Assembly (NCBI GenBank): GCA_050250895.1
Contig: JBFWNU010000001.1
Coordinates: forward strand, 648,008-712,007
Source of the DNA: Vulcanimicrobiota bacterium
GTDB lineage: Bacteria; Vulcanimicrobiota; Xenobia; Xenobiales; JADMJV01
DNA length: 64,000 nucleotides
Reading direction: 5' to 3'
The notes beneath the pieces are model-generated. The model was not told the origin of the DNA, did no database searches, and saw only the letters and a list, made by a program, of their open reading frames with translations. Positions 1 through 9,274 of this stretch are shown here, one piece after another; the first letter of the stretch is position 1, and each line of letters starts with the position of its first letter. Both the position numbers and the translations under genes were made by a program.

Positions 1-11
1 AACCCGCCCTG

Positions 12-779
12 GTGGTCCTGGGGATCTCGTCCCTGGGATACTTACTGGCTACTGTTGGCATTCAGCGCCAGACCTTCATCCAGAATCGCGGTGATCTGGC
101 GGGGTGGCGCAAATTGTTGTGGGGTGCGCTGGCACTGCACACCCTTGGCCTGTTCCTCTTCATCCTGTCGGTGGGGCGGTTGCCTATCGGCCATATCGAA
201 GAGACCATCGCCCCCCTGGGTTGGGTCGTCATGGCCCTCTACCTGATCTTTGGAGAACGTTGGCGGGTCGAGGTCGTGGGCACTGTGGCCGCCCCCGCCG
301 CCTTTGCGATGACCGCTTTCTCGGCCTTTGCCCTGTGGGGACAGCAGGCTCAAGCTCCCCATAACAGCTGGATCACCGTGCATGTATTGTCGATCATCGC
401 CGGCTATGCCGCCTTCTCATTGGCCGCCTTTTGTGCCCTGCTCTATTTCATCCAGTCGCGATTGCTCAAGCAAAAGAAACTGGGCGGCGTGCTGGGAGTA
501 CTGCCCCCACTAGAAACCCTCGATCAGGTCTCTTATCGACTGATTCGCGGTGGCTTTCCTTTCATGGTGCTGGGAATCGTCACCGGCCTGTTGCTCAACC
601 ACTGGCACTGGGACTGGGATTTTCAGCAGACTCTGGTGGCCGCCACCGGCGCCGTCTACACGCTTTACCTGCACGCCCGTATCGCCGGCTGGCACGGTCG
701 TCAAGTCAACATGATGCTACTGGTCGCCTTCGGCTGTGTGCTGGTCAGCTTCATCGTCCCCGGAGGAGTGCACCGATGA
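12..779 (+). CDS. ccsA: Cytochrome c biogenesis CcsA / HemX-like membrane protein (may be 5'-truncated by the window edge)
   Basis: Multi-TM protein with WITVHV, LPPLETLD and a Trp-rich WHWDWD segment. It lies directly upstream of hemC, and the frame is open to the window start. Confidence 0.75.
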   Translation: MVLGISSLGYLLATVGIQRQTFIQNRGDLAGWRKLLWGALALHTLGLFLFILSVGRLPIGHIEETIAPLGWVVMALYLIFGERWRVEVVGTVAAPAAFAMTAFSAFALWGQQAQAPHNSWITVHVLSIIAGYAAFSLAAFCALLYFIQSRLLKQKKLGGVLGVLPPLETLDQVSYRLIRGGFPFMVLGIVTGLLLNHWHWDWDFQQTLVAATGAVYTLYLHARIAGWHGRQVNMMLLVAFGCVLVSFIVPGGVHR

Positions 780-1669
780 AACTGCGCCTGGGAACAAGAG
801 GTAGCAAGCTAGCGCTGACCCAGTCCAGAGGGGTGGCTGCCGACCTCGAGGCCGCCTGTTCAGGCCTGGAAGTCGAGGTGATCATTATCAAGACCCACGG
901 TGATCGCGACCAGAATTCGGCTCTGTCGAGCTTTCCGGGCAAGGGTATCTTCACCAAGGAAATCGAGGATGAACTGCTCGCCGGGGGCATCGACTTCGCC
1001 GTGCACAGCCTCAAGGATCTGCCCACCGAATTGCCGGAGGGACTGTGCCTGGCGCCCTCGCCGCCCCGGGCCGACCCGCGCGACGTACTCATCTCCGCGA
1101 CGGCTCTAAACGACCTGCCCCTTGGGGCCGTGGTGGGGACTGGTAGCGCCCGCCGCCGATGTCAACTGCAGGCGGCCCGACCAGACCTCGAATTTCGCGA
1201 GATTCGGGGCAACGTGCCCACCCGGGTACGCAAGTGGCGAGAGGGTTCCTACGACGCGGTGGTGCTGGCCATGGCCGGGGTGCGGCGGCTGGGACTCGAG
1301 GCAGCCGGACTGCTCGAATCCGAAATCCATCCCCTCTCACCCCGACTATGCCTGCCCGCCCCGGGTCAGGGCATTCTCGGTCTCGAGATTCGCCAGGGCG
1401 ATCAGGCCACGCTCGAGTTCCTGGGCCGTCTCTGTTCACCCGAGGCCGAAACCGCCAGCCAGGCTGAGCGCTCTTTCCTTCGCACCCTGGGCGGCGGCTG
1501 CCATATTCCGGCGGGAGCCCTGGCCCGGCTCGAGTCCGACGTATTAGTGGCCGATGGGTTCCTGGGCACCGAGAGCGGCCACATCCATCGCCATCGAGTC
1601 GAGGGCCGGCCCGACCAGGCCGAGGCTCTGGGACAAAGTCTGGCGGCCTACCTGATGGAGCGGGCTTGA
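776..1669 (+). CDS. hemC: Hydroxymethylbilane synthase (porphobilinogen deaminase)
   Basis: Motifs MKLRLGTRGSKLALTQS, KGIFTKEIE, AVHSLKDLP, IRGNVPTR and LGGGCHIP. The ATG at 776 overlaps the ccsA stop. Confidence 0.97.
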   Translation: MKLRLGTRGSKLALTQSRGVAADLEAACSGLEVEVIIIKTHGDRDQNSALSSFPGKGIFTKEIEDELLAGGIDFAVHSLKDLPTELPEGLCLAPSPPRADPRDVLISATALNDLPLGAVVGTGSARRRCQLQAARPDLEFREIRGNVPTRVRKWREGSYDAVVLAMAGVRRLGLEAAGLLESEIHPLSPRLCLPAPGQGILGLEIRQGDQATLEFLGRLCSPEAETASQAERSFLRTLGGGCHIPAGALARLESDVLVADGFLGTESGHIHRHRVEGRPDQAEALGQSLAAYLMERA

Positions 1670-2700
1670 CCAACGAGCCGTTGCTGGCTCAAGCTCGCTT
1701 TCTGGGGCTCGATCCGACCGCTCGGGTGGCTCTCGTCAATCAGCCCGTCGAGGTCTGGGACAGCTGGCTTGACCTACCTGCCCACCTGCTGATCGGTCCG
1801 GGTTGCGGCTCGCTGACCGAGGTGGTGGCGGGCCTCGAGCTGGCCGGCCTGGGGCCCCATCACCAGTTGACCGCCTGCGACGCCCGCGGCCGCCTCTTCG
1901 AGCCGGCCCAGGAGGAGCCCCCCAACTGGCTGTTGCTGGTGGGCCCGCGTCCCGCCCAGGCGGGCTGGGCCGAGCGGCTACCCCTCTTCGGCAAACACCT
2001 GGTGGTGACCCGAGCCCCTGAGCAATCGGGACGGCTGGTCGAGGCGCTCGAACAACTGGGAGCCATCGTCCATCGTTTTCCGGTGTTGCGCTTCGTGGAG
2101 CCTCCCGATCTCGACGAGGTCTATGCGACCTTGCGACGCCCGTTTGACTGGATCGTCTTGACCAGCCCCAACGGAGTCGACTTTCTGGTCCGTCATCTCG
2201 ACCACGCCGGGCTCGACCTGCGTAGTCTGGGCGGAGCCAGGCTGGCAGCCATCGGCACCGGCACGGCCGGCCGCCTGGAGCGGTACCATCTGCGCGCCGA
2301 TCTCATCCCCCAACGCTTCGTGGCTGAGGGGCTCGTCGAAGCCCTGAGCGACCACGACCTGAAAGGCCAGCGCATCCTGTTGCCCCGGGCAGCCGTGGCT
2401 CGCGACACGCTGCCGGGCGAGTTGACGGCCCGAGGAGCCGAGGTCCAGGTGCTGGCCACCTATGTGACCTTGCCTCCCGATCCAGCCCCCGAACTGCCGC
2501 CGCACATCGACCTGGTGCTTTTCACCTCCTCCTCGACGGTCACCAACTTTCATCGCCTCTCAGGCAGCAGCGGGCTCGACTGCGCAGCCATCGGTCCGGT
2601 CACGGCGGCCACCGCCCGCGAGCTAGGCTATCAGGTGGTGGTTGAAGCCGACCCTCACACCATCGACGGGTTGGTGGCGGCCGTTTCTACTTTTTTTTAG
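1666..2700 (+). CDS. hemD: Uroporphyrinogen-III synthase with degenerate N-terminal extension
   Basis: Motifs PLFGKHLVVTRA, DWIVLTSPNGV, AAIGTGTA, FTSSSTV and AAIGPVTA. Coupled to hemC. Confidence 0.9.
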   Translation: MTNEPLLAQARFLGLDPTARVALVNQPVEVWDSWLDLPAHLLIGPGCGSLTEVVAGLELAGLGPHHQLTACDARGRLFEPAQEEPPNWLLLVGPRPAQAGWAERLPLFGKHLVVTRAPEQSGRLVEALEQLGAIVHRFPVLRFVEPPDLDEVYATLRRPFDWIVLTSPNGVDFLVRHLDHAGLDLRSLGGARLAAIGTGTAGRLERYHLRADLIPQRFVAEGLVEALSDHDLKGQRILLPRAAVARDTLPGELTARGAEVQVLATYVTLPPDPAPELPPHIDLVLFTSSSTVTNFHRLSGSSGLDCAAIGPVTAATARELGYQVVVEADPHTIDGLVAAVSTFF

Positions 2701-2725
2701 GCATCGCGGCTAAGCTGGAAGAACT

Positions 2726-3445
2726 ATGATGATCCACGCCGCCTCCCTTGTTCCTGTACGCCGGGCTGCCCCTCTTTCGACCCGGCAGGTCGCCTCGATG
2801 ATCGACCACACCAACCTCAAGCCCGAGGCCACCCGCGACGACATTCTGGCCGCTTGCGAAGTGGCCAAGAAGCACAAGACCGCCTCGGTCTGCGTCAATC
2901 CGTACCGGGTCAAGTTGGCTGCCGACGCCCTCATCGGAAGCGGCGTGGCCGTGTGCAGCGTGATCGGATTTCCGCTGGGGGCCACCACTACCGCCCAGAA
3001 AGCCTTCGAGACTCGCAGCGCTATCGCCGACGGAGCTGACGAGATCGACATGGTCATGAATATCGGAGCCTTCAAAGACGGCGACTACGACACCGTCCGT
3101 TCAGACATCGCGGCGGTGGTAGAAGCGGCCGGCGGTCACACCGTAAAAGTCATTCTCGAGAATCACTACCTGCAGCCGGACGAGATCGTCCAGGCCTGCC
3201 ATTTGGTCGAAGAAGGCGGCGCCCACTTCGTCAAAACCTCGACCGGCTTTGCGGGCAGCGGGGCTAAGCTAGAGGATGTCGCCCTGATGCGAGCGTCGGT
3301 CTCGCCCCACATCAAGGTCAAGGCGGCCGGCGGAGTCGGTAGCCTGGAAGACGCTCGCCAGATGGCCGACGCCGGAGCCGACCGTTTCGGCGCCAGCCGG
3401 ACCGAGAAGATCCTGGCCGGAGAAGAGGCCGGCGCGGGGTATTAA
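2726..3445 (+). CDS. deoC: Deoxyribose-phosphate aldolase
   Basis: Motifs IDHTNLKP, VIGFPLGA, GADEIDMV, FVKTSTGF and KVKAAGG. Confidence 0.97.
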   Translation: MMIHAASLVPVRRAAPLSTRQVASMIDHTNLKPEATRDDILAACEVAKKHKTASVCVNPYRVKLAADALIGSGVAVCSVIGFPLGATTTAQKAFETRSAIADGADEIDMVMNIGAFKDGDYDTVRSDIAAVVEAAGGHTVKVILENHYLQPDEIVQACHLVEEGGAHFVKTSTGFAGSGAKLEDVALMRASVSPHIKVKAAGGVGSLEDARQMADAGADRFGASRTEKILAGEEAGAGY

Positions 3446-3486
3446 TCAGGGGGTCGTCCCCAGGCCGACAGGCTGAGGCGGGAGCT

Positions 3487-4287
3487 CTATTGGTGGCGAA
3501 GATACCATTCGGGCAAGAAGCCCTGAGTTCCGAGGATCTCTTCCATGGTGAGTTCTTCAAAGCCCGCCTGAGATAGGCGCTGGACTTCTCCGCTGATGCA
3601 GGCCAGGACCGTCTCGCGGTCGAGGGGCTTGCCGTGAGCGGTTTCGACGGGCACGCCCTTCTCGAGGGCGTCGCGCACTTCGTAAACACAACCTTTGCTG
3701 ACTTCCCAGCCAGGAGCAACCACTACCCGATCGGCCAACTGGTGAACCACGTCCAGCCAGTGCTCGAGATACATCTGCTGGGTCCAGCCAGGCATGCTGA
3801 TCTCGGAGGGGTCCATGACCAGTCCCAGTTCGGGCACGTCACGCAGGCATTCGGCGATACTGAACGCCTGGTCGGTATTGCCCCCAATGACGTCGCGGGC
3901 GAAGTCTGCCTGCTCTTGCTCGGCTAACTGCGACTTGCTCCTCTTGCCACGATCAGCCAAAAAATCGTACTTCCGAGTGCCCCCCGTGACCGGGGTGCTC
4001 ATGTACGTGATGGGCCGGCCGTTGGCGAATTCGCGACAAGCGCCGATAAACTGTTGGGTGAACTCTTCGCGGGTGAGGCTCAAAGGCGAGGAGATCTCGG
4101 CGAACTCTTCGGGCACGTCATCGCGCCCGGCCAGAGTCTGTAGCGCGGCCAGTTCGACTTTGCTGGGCACCCGGCTGGGACTGAATCGGTCCACGGGAAT
4201 CCCGTTCTTGAGAGCGGCCTGACCCACCACGGAGAGCATGCGAGCCAAAGACTTGAAGTTGACTGACGGCAGACCGTTGACTTGCAT
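3487..4287 (-). CDS. DUF4406 / nucleoside 2-deoxyribosyltransferase-fold protein with N-terminal extension
   Basis: YMSTPVTGG and PGWEVSKGCVYE resemble DUF4406 motifs. The ATG at 4287 is preceded by a GGGAGG RBS. Confidence 0.5.
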   Translation of the reverse strand: MQVNGLPSVNFKSLARMLSVVGQAALKNGIPVDRFSPSRVPSKVELAALQTLAGRDDVPEEFAEISSPLSLTREEFTQQFIGACREFANGRPITYMSTPVTGGTRKYDFLADRGKRSKSQLAEQEQADFARDVIGGNTDQAFSIAECLRDVPELGLVMDPSEISMPGWTQQMYLEHWLDVVHQLADRVVVAPGWEVSKGCVYEVRDALEKGVPVETAHGKPLDRETVLACISGEVQRLSQAGFEELTMEEILGTQGFLPEWYLRHQ

Positions 4288-4440
4288 GGTGGCGTGTTCC
4301 TCCCTGCACAGGGTATCCGGGCGGCCTAAAATTTCCATGAAAGCGGGGTTGCCAGCCGTCTCGAACATCTGTATGATAGCAAGGTGAGCTTGAAAAATAA
4401 TCAAGAAACCCGCAGGTCATCCCCGGGCTTTGAAAAAGGG

Positions 4441-4833
4441 ATGCGCACTGGTCTTGACTCGCGTCAGACCCTGGCCTCCCTGGTAGAACAAGAGGGATTT
4501 CCTGTGCCACCAGGTCTCGAGTCGCCCGGTCGACTGCTGCAAGGTCCTCACGTCTGTGGCGGAGACCTCTGCGATCTCTTGCCGGGCTGGGAAGCCATCG
4601 CACTGGTCTCGCCCCACGGCGAGAAAATCGTCCTGCAAGCGGATGGCCGCGTGACCTTTCACGTGCCTCCCGGCTGGCGTCTGATGGTGAGTTCGCTACC
4701 GATTCGCACCGAGCAGGTGGTCACTCAGACCGTCGACTTCGACGGCCAACTGCAGCAGTGTGAGCAATGCCGCACGGTGACGCGCCTGGATCACATTCCG
4801 CTGATCTATCAAGAGGCCGAAGGACTCGGTTAG
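4441..4833 (+). CDS. Hypothetical protein
   Basis: ORF fills the gap between genes, with ATG after GAAAAAGGG. No recognised motif. Confidence 0.5.
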   Translation: MRTGLDSRQTLASLVEQEGFPVPPGLESPGRLLQGPHVCGGDLCDLLPGWEAIALVSPHGEKIVLQADGRVTFHVPPGWRLMVSSLPIRTEQVVTQTVDFDGQLQQCEQCRTVTRLDHIPLIYQEAEGLG

Positions 4834-4875
4834 AGTCGCGGAGGCCTGGGCCGCCCCTTGCAGAATGGGGCAAGC

Positions 4876-6618
4876 ATGAGACCGTTTCTGACCTGCCTGC
4901 TGCTACTGACGCTGCCCTGCTGGGCGACCCCTCCCCTGGTCTCGAAGGCCCAGCTGTTCAAAGGCTCGGAAGGCCCGACCGAGATCGGCTTCGACAAAGC
5001 CGGTCGGGCCTACGTGCTCTATGGGCGCCAGGGCTACATCGATGTCTACAACAGCGACGGACATCGCCTGGAACGGCGGGGCAGCAAGGCCACCGATCGC
5101 GAGGCTCCCGACGAAATTCGGGTAGTCTCGCAGTGGGTCGGCCGGATGGCCAAGAGCCTGCTACTGGCCGAGGACCCCCGGCAAGGCCAGCTGGAGTGGG
5201 TACTCATTCCAGAAGACGATCGCATCGACGTTCTTCGTCTCACCGACTGCCCCACCGAGCTGAGCGGATTGGGCGCTATCGCCAGAGATCTGGCCGGCCG
5301 CATCTTCGTGTATCATGAACAGACTCATACCATCTATGTCTTTGGTGGCACCACTGGCAAGTTTCAGTCCAAACTCTCGTTGGCTGGCAATGGTCGTCGG
5401 GTCCTGCAATTTGCTGTCGATAGTCGCCACAACTACTACCTGCTCGGCCTCAACGGGCTGGATGTCTTCGGTCCCGACGGCTCCCCTGCCTACAACTTCC
5501 CAGGAGTCCAAGCCTTTTACCTGACTGGAGCCGACCGCCTGGCCGCCGGGGGGGACGGATGGATCCGTCGCTATCGACCCGGCGGCAGTCTCGAGCTTGA
5601 CCTCGACGCGCCTCGCGAAGGCAAGGGCAAAACCGTCAGTGCCATCTCGCTTGACGACGAAGAGAACATCACCATCTATTACCGCGACCCGGTCGAGGGC
5701 TCAGGCAGTATCGTGCTGCTCAAGCCTGACGGCACCTTCAAGCAAGACTTTGTCCAACCGATTCGCATCCCGTCCTCCCCCGACCCCGGCTTTCGTCTCG
5801 ACTACCAGAGCCGTCTCCACGTCTGGAACCAGCAGCGCCACAAGTCACTGAAGTTTCACCCCGGCGGCAAGGTCGAGCGCAACCTGAGCTATGTGCCCAC
5901 CCCAGACCCCAAAGGATTGATGGTCGCCGCCACCGACATGGCCGTCAGTCCCGACGGGACCGTCTGGATCGCCGATCCGTCCAACTTCCGCCTGCAGCGC
6001 TTCGACTACGATCAGGGTGGCTGGCTCAAGCCCATCACGGTGGGAATCCGCGACGGCGCCAAGCGCGCTCACCCACGCCATCTGGCGGTGGACGGCAAAG
6101 GCTACCTTCTTTGCGTGGTCTATCCTCCCGACAATCGGGGTCAGATCGTGCTCCATCGGCGCGATCCATCCGGCAAACTGCTGGGACAGCAAGATCTGGG
6201 CCCGGCCAGCCAGGACTCGGTGGTCAAGGTGGCTGTGAGCCCCAACGGAGACTTCTTCGTCTACAACTCGTCGGGCGACAGCGGCGCCCCACAACTCAAA
6301 CGTTTCACCGCCCGAGGGGGCGAGATCGCCACGGTGGGCGGCTCGGACAAGAATTTCCATCTGCCCAACAAGTTCACCAGCCGGGTGGCCCTGAGCGTCG
6401 ACCAGGATCTTCTGCCCTGGCACGGCGGGTTGCTCATTCCCTACTACGGACAGTTCCTGGTCCTGAGCGATCGGCTGCAGGTCCGCGAACTGATCGATTT
6501 TAAGGCCCCCCGAGAGTTCGTAACCCCCGAATTTGGCGGCTCGACCATCTACAAAAACACGCTCTATCTCACCGACATCTCGAATCGCTGCGTCCACAAG
6601 ATCCCGCTACCCCAGTGA
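4876..6618 (+). CDS. Secreted NHL/beta-propeller repeat protein
   Basis: Signal peptide MRPFLTCLLLLTLPCWA. NHL-like blades such as DMAVSPDGTVWIADPSNFRLQRF and LYLTDISNRCVHK. Confidence 0.75.
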   Translation: MRPFLTCLLLLTLPCWATPPLVSKAQLFKGSEGPTEIGFDKAGRAYVLYGRQGYIDVYNSDGHRLERRGSKATDREAPDEIRVVSQWVGRMAKSLLLAEDPRQGQLEWVLIPEDDRIDVLRLTDCPTELSGLGAIARDLAGRIFVYHEQTHTIYVFGGTTGKFQSKLSLAGNGRRVLQFAVDSRHNYYLLGLNGLDVFGPDGSPAYNFPGVQAFYLTGADRLAAGGDGWIRRYRPGGSLELDLDAPREGKGKTVSAISLDDEENITIYYRDPVEGSGSIVLLKPDGTFKQDFVQPIRIPSSPDPGFRLDYQSRLHVWNQQRHKSLKFHPGGKVERNLSYVPTPDPKGLMVAATDMAVSPDGTVWIADPSNFRLQRFDYDQGGWLKPITVGIRDGAKRAHPRHLAVDGKGYLLCVVYPPDNRGQIVLHRRDPSGKLLGQQDLGPASQDSVVKVAVSPNGDFFVYNSSGDSGAPQLKRFTARGGEIATVGGSDKNFHLPNKFTSRVALSVDQDLLPWHGGLLIPYYGQFLVLSDRLQVRELIDFKAPREFVTPEFGGSTIYKNTLYLTDISNRCVHKIPLPQ

Positions 6619-6652
6619 AGGCTCCCGAAGGCGTCTGTCGAACCGTACCCTC

Positions 6653-7123
6653 ATGCTGCCCAATGAACGACAAGCCCGCATCCATCGCGACCGCGCTCAC
6701 CGACTGGCCAACGATTGCCGGATGGCCGAGGCCATCGACGAGTTACGTCTGGCGGTAGGCCACGATACTCGCGACGGACGTACGTGGCAGCTGCTGGGTC
6801 AACTCTACGGCGCAGCGGGTTACCACGAGCAAGCGGTCTCTTATATCCAACTGGCGCTAGCCGAAGACTTCAACAACATGGCGGCCTGGATCGTATTGAT
6901 CAATCTCTACGCTCAGATCGGCGGCCCCTACTTCGAGCTAGCTCTCGAGCAGGTCGATCTGGCCAAAGAGGTCAACGATCGCATTCCGGATTTACACTAT
7001 CTCGAGGGCAACATTCTGGCTCAACGTGGCGAGATGGATGCGGCCAGGCGAGCCCTGCAAAAGGCTCTCGAACTCAACCCGGGCCATCAGCACGCGGCCA
7101 ACGATCTGGCCGCTATCAGCTAA
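6653..7123 (+). CDS. Tetratricopeptide repeat protein
   Basis: TPR helices (TWQLLGQLY; HYLEGNILAQRGEMDAARRALQKALELNP). Confidence 0.8.
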   Translation: MLPNERQARIHRDRAHRLANDCRMAEAIDELRLAVGHDTRDGRTWQLLGQLYGAAGYHEQAVSYIQLALAEDFNNMAAWIVLINLYAQIGGPYFELALEQVDLAKEVNDRIPDLHYLEGNILAQRGEMDAARRALQKALELNPGHQHAANDLAAIS

Positions 7124-7721
7124 GCCAGCGCAAGGGATAGGCAGTCAGGGTGTAGCCCAGAAAAGCCCCGGTCACCCCCTGGACCGGGTGATGACGTTTG
7201 CGAGCAGCCCGGGCCCAGATCAGCGGCAGCTGCAGCAAGATCCACCACGAACTCCAGCCCATCAACTGAATGCCCCCCGCCAGGCAAACGCCGAGCGAAC
7301 CGGTGTGGACACTGATTTTCCAGTGGCGGGAGATCTTGGCGAAGAGGATCGAGTTCATGAACACCACGCCCACGAGATGGGTTAAAGCCGATGGGGCCCC
7401 CAGCACCATCAGCGCCAGAGTAAGACTGCCCAAACCTACAACCCCGGCCAGGAAGGGGCCGTCGCGCTGCTCGAGCAGGCTGACATGGATGTCGGTAATC
7501 AATCCATGACGCACGTGCCAACCGATGTAGAGAAACGGCACACCGGTCGATAGAGCCACGCACAGGAGGTACCAACCGAAGAAGGCGGACCAGGTCTCGG
7601 TTACCGACCCGACCAGAAAAGCGGTGAAGATGGGCACTACCACAAATGGGCTCAAGGCCCCCGACAGCAACAGGGCCAACTTGTCGCTCAAAGTCGACTC
7701 AGGAGTCAGACCAAATCTCAC
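7116..7721 (-). CDS. PAP2-like integral membrane protein
   Basis: Multi-TM with WKISVH and WAR...RHH motifs typical of degenerate PAP2 membrane proteins. Confidence 0.6.
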   Translation of the reverse strand: MRFGLTPESTLSDKLALLLSGALSPFVVVPIFTAFLVGSVTETWSAFFGWYLLCVALSTGVPFLYIGWHVRHGLITDIHVSLLEQRDGPFLAGVVGLGSLTLALMVLGAPSALTHLVGVVFMNSILFAKISRHWKISVHTGSLGVCLAGGIQLMGWSSWWILLQLPLIWARAARKRHHPVQGVTGAFLGYTLTAYPLRWLS

Positions 7722-8320
7722 CTTGACTCCTTTGGCAAGAATGCTTCGAGGGCCTTTCGCTCAAGCACCTCAACTCGCCCCCTCGAGAGCTTGAGCCAAC
7801 CAGCCCGATTCATCGCTCCCAGGGCCTTGGTCACACTCTCTCGGGTGGCGGCCACCTGGGCGGCCATCTCTTGATGAGTCAGCGCCAGAGGGTTCTCCGA
7901 GACGCTCCTGTCCAACAGCAAACGCGCCACCCGGTGCTTCACGCTTTCAAAGCCGAGCTGGGCTATCTGACGGGACAGGCGCCGCACCCGCTGGTTTTGA
8001 CGAAGCAACAGATCCTCTAGCAGAGCTGGTTGACCGCGGGCGATGCGTCGAAACTCTTCGGCGGCCAGACGGCGAACCGAACAGTCGGTTCTGGCCCTGA
8101 CCGTCGCCGAGTGAGGTCCCTCGTCAAAACTCGACATCTCGCCCAAAAGAGCGCCGGGCCCGACCGTCTTGAACACCACGACCTCACCGTCCGGGCTCTC
8201 TTCAAGCACCTCCAATTCGCCCTCCACCACAATCACGACCCCGCAGCAGGGGTCTTCTTGGTACCAAAGATAGGTCCCCGCCTCGATGTAAGCGGGATGA
8301 CCCATTTCTAGCCACTGCAA
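7718..8320 (-). CDS. Crp/Fnr family transcriptional regulator
   Basis: cNMP-binding domain (LGEMS..HSATVRA) and HTH (LTHQEMAAQVAATRESVTKAL). Confidence 0.92.
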   Translation of the reverse strand: MQWLEMGHPAYIEAGTYLWYQEDPCCGVVIVVEGELEVLEESPDGEVVVFKTVGPGALLGEMSSFDEGPHSATVRARTDCSVRRLAAEEFRRIARGQPALLEDLLLRQNQRVRRLSRQIAQLGFESVKHRVARLLLDRSVSENPLALTHQEMAAQVAATRESVTKALGAMNRAGWLKLSRGRVEVLERKALEAFLPKESR

Positions 8321-9210
8321 GGGTATCGCTCCTCCAATTCACGCCGCTGGATGGGGCTGAGATAACGAGCTGCGAAGCCGTCGCGACTAATACCCACCTC
8401 ACCTTGCATCACCCTGGAGGCGACCGCCGCCATGGCGTCACGATAGGCCAGGTTGGGCCAGTCAGGATAGCGCGGCCCTAACAGGGCGGGCAGGCCGGTG
8501 GCGATGGTTCGGCTGCCATTTTGGCTGCCGTCACCTTCGATATAGTGGTCCAGCACGGTCGCTTGGGCCACCCTATCGATGGCCTCAAAGAATCGCTCGG
8601 GAGCCTCCAGCGGCAACAGTGGCGAGACCGTCACCACTACCCTGAGCCCGCAGTCCCGCAACTGGCCGGCCGCCTCGAATCGAGCCGCCACCGGGCTGGC
8701 GTGAGCAGGCAGCCCTTCAAAGCGCTCGCGGTCGGTTTCGATACTCAGATGCACCCGCAACTGGCAACGTTGGGCCAGGCGAGCCAGCAGCTCGGCCTGC
8801 TCGGCCACGGCGGCCGAGTGGGTCTGCACCACCAGGGCGTCCGGAGGTTCGTCGAGCATAGCCTCGAGAACGCTCCGAGTAACGCCAAACTGGCGTTCTT
8901 GAGGTAGGAAAGGCTCGGTCGAGGAGGCCATGAAGATGGAAAAATCTCGACCCTGACGGCGGGCCCAGCGTCGCTCGGCCGGGGCCCGCTCAAGATACGA
9001 TTCGGCGGCGTTAAGACGAGCTTCCAGAAAGCTACCCCAGGGCTCGCCGCGAGTCAAGAAACGGTTGTGCGCCACATAGCAGCTCTGGCCGCACAGACTC
9101 TTGCCGAAAGAACAACCGCGATAGGGCTGGAGTGAATGCGAGGTCACCTCGCTGAGGTAACCGCTGGTACGGGTGAGAATCCGCGCCACACGGCCCTGGG
9201 CAACCCTCAT
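8308..9210 (-). CDS. SplB (spore photoproduct lyase)-like radical SAM protein
   Basis: PYRGCSFGKSLCGQSCY cysteine cluster, plus MASSTEPF, LVVQTHS and VSPLLP. Probable ATG at 9210. Confidence 0.8.
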   Translation of the reverse strand: MRVAQGRVARILTRTSGYLSEVTSHSLQPYRGCSFGKSLCGQSCYVAHNRFLTRGEPWGSFLEARLNAAESYLERAPAERRWARRQGRDFSIFMASSTEPFLPQERQFGVTRSVLEAMLDEPPDALVVQTHSAAVAEQAELLARLAQRCQLRVHLSIETDRERFEGLPAHASPVAARFEAAGQLRDCGLRVVVTVSPLLPLEAPERFFEAIDRVAQATVLDHYIEGDGSQNGSRTIATGLPALLGPRYPDWPNLAYRDAMAAVASRVMQGEVGISRDGFAARYLSPIQRRELEERYPCSG

Positions 9211-9274
9211 CTTTCCGCCGTTTCCAAGGAAATGGTTAGCTGATTCTGGAACACTATAGTACTCGGTTCCCTCC

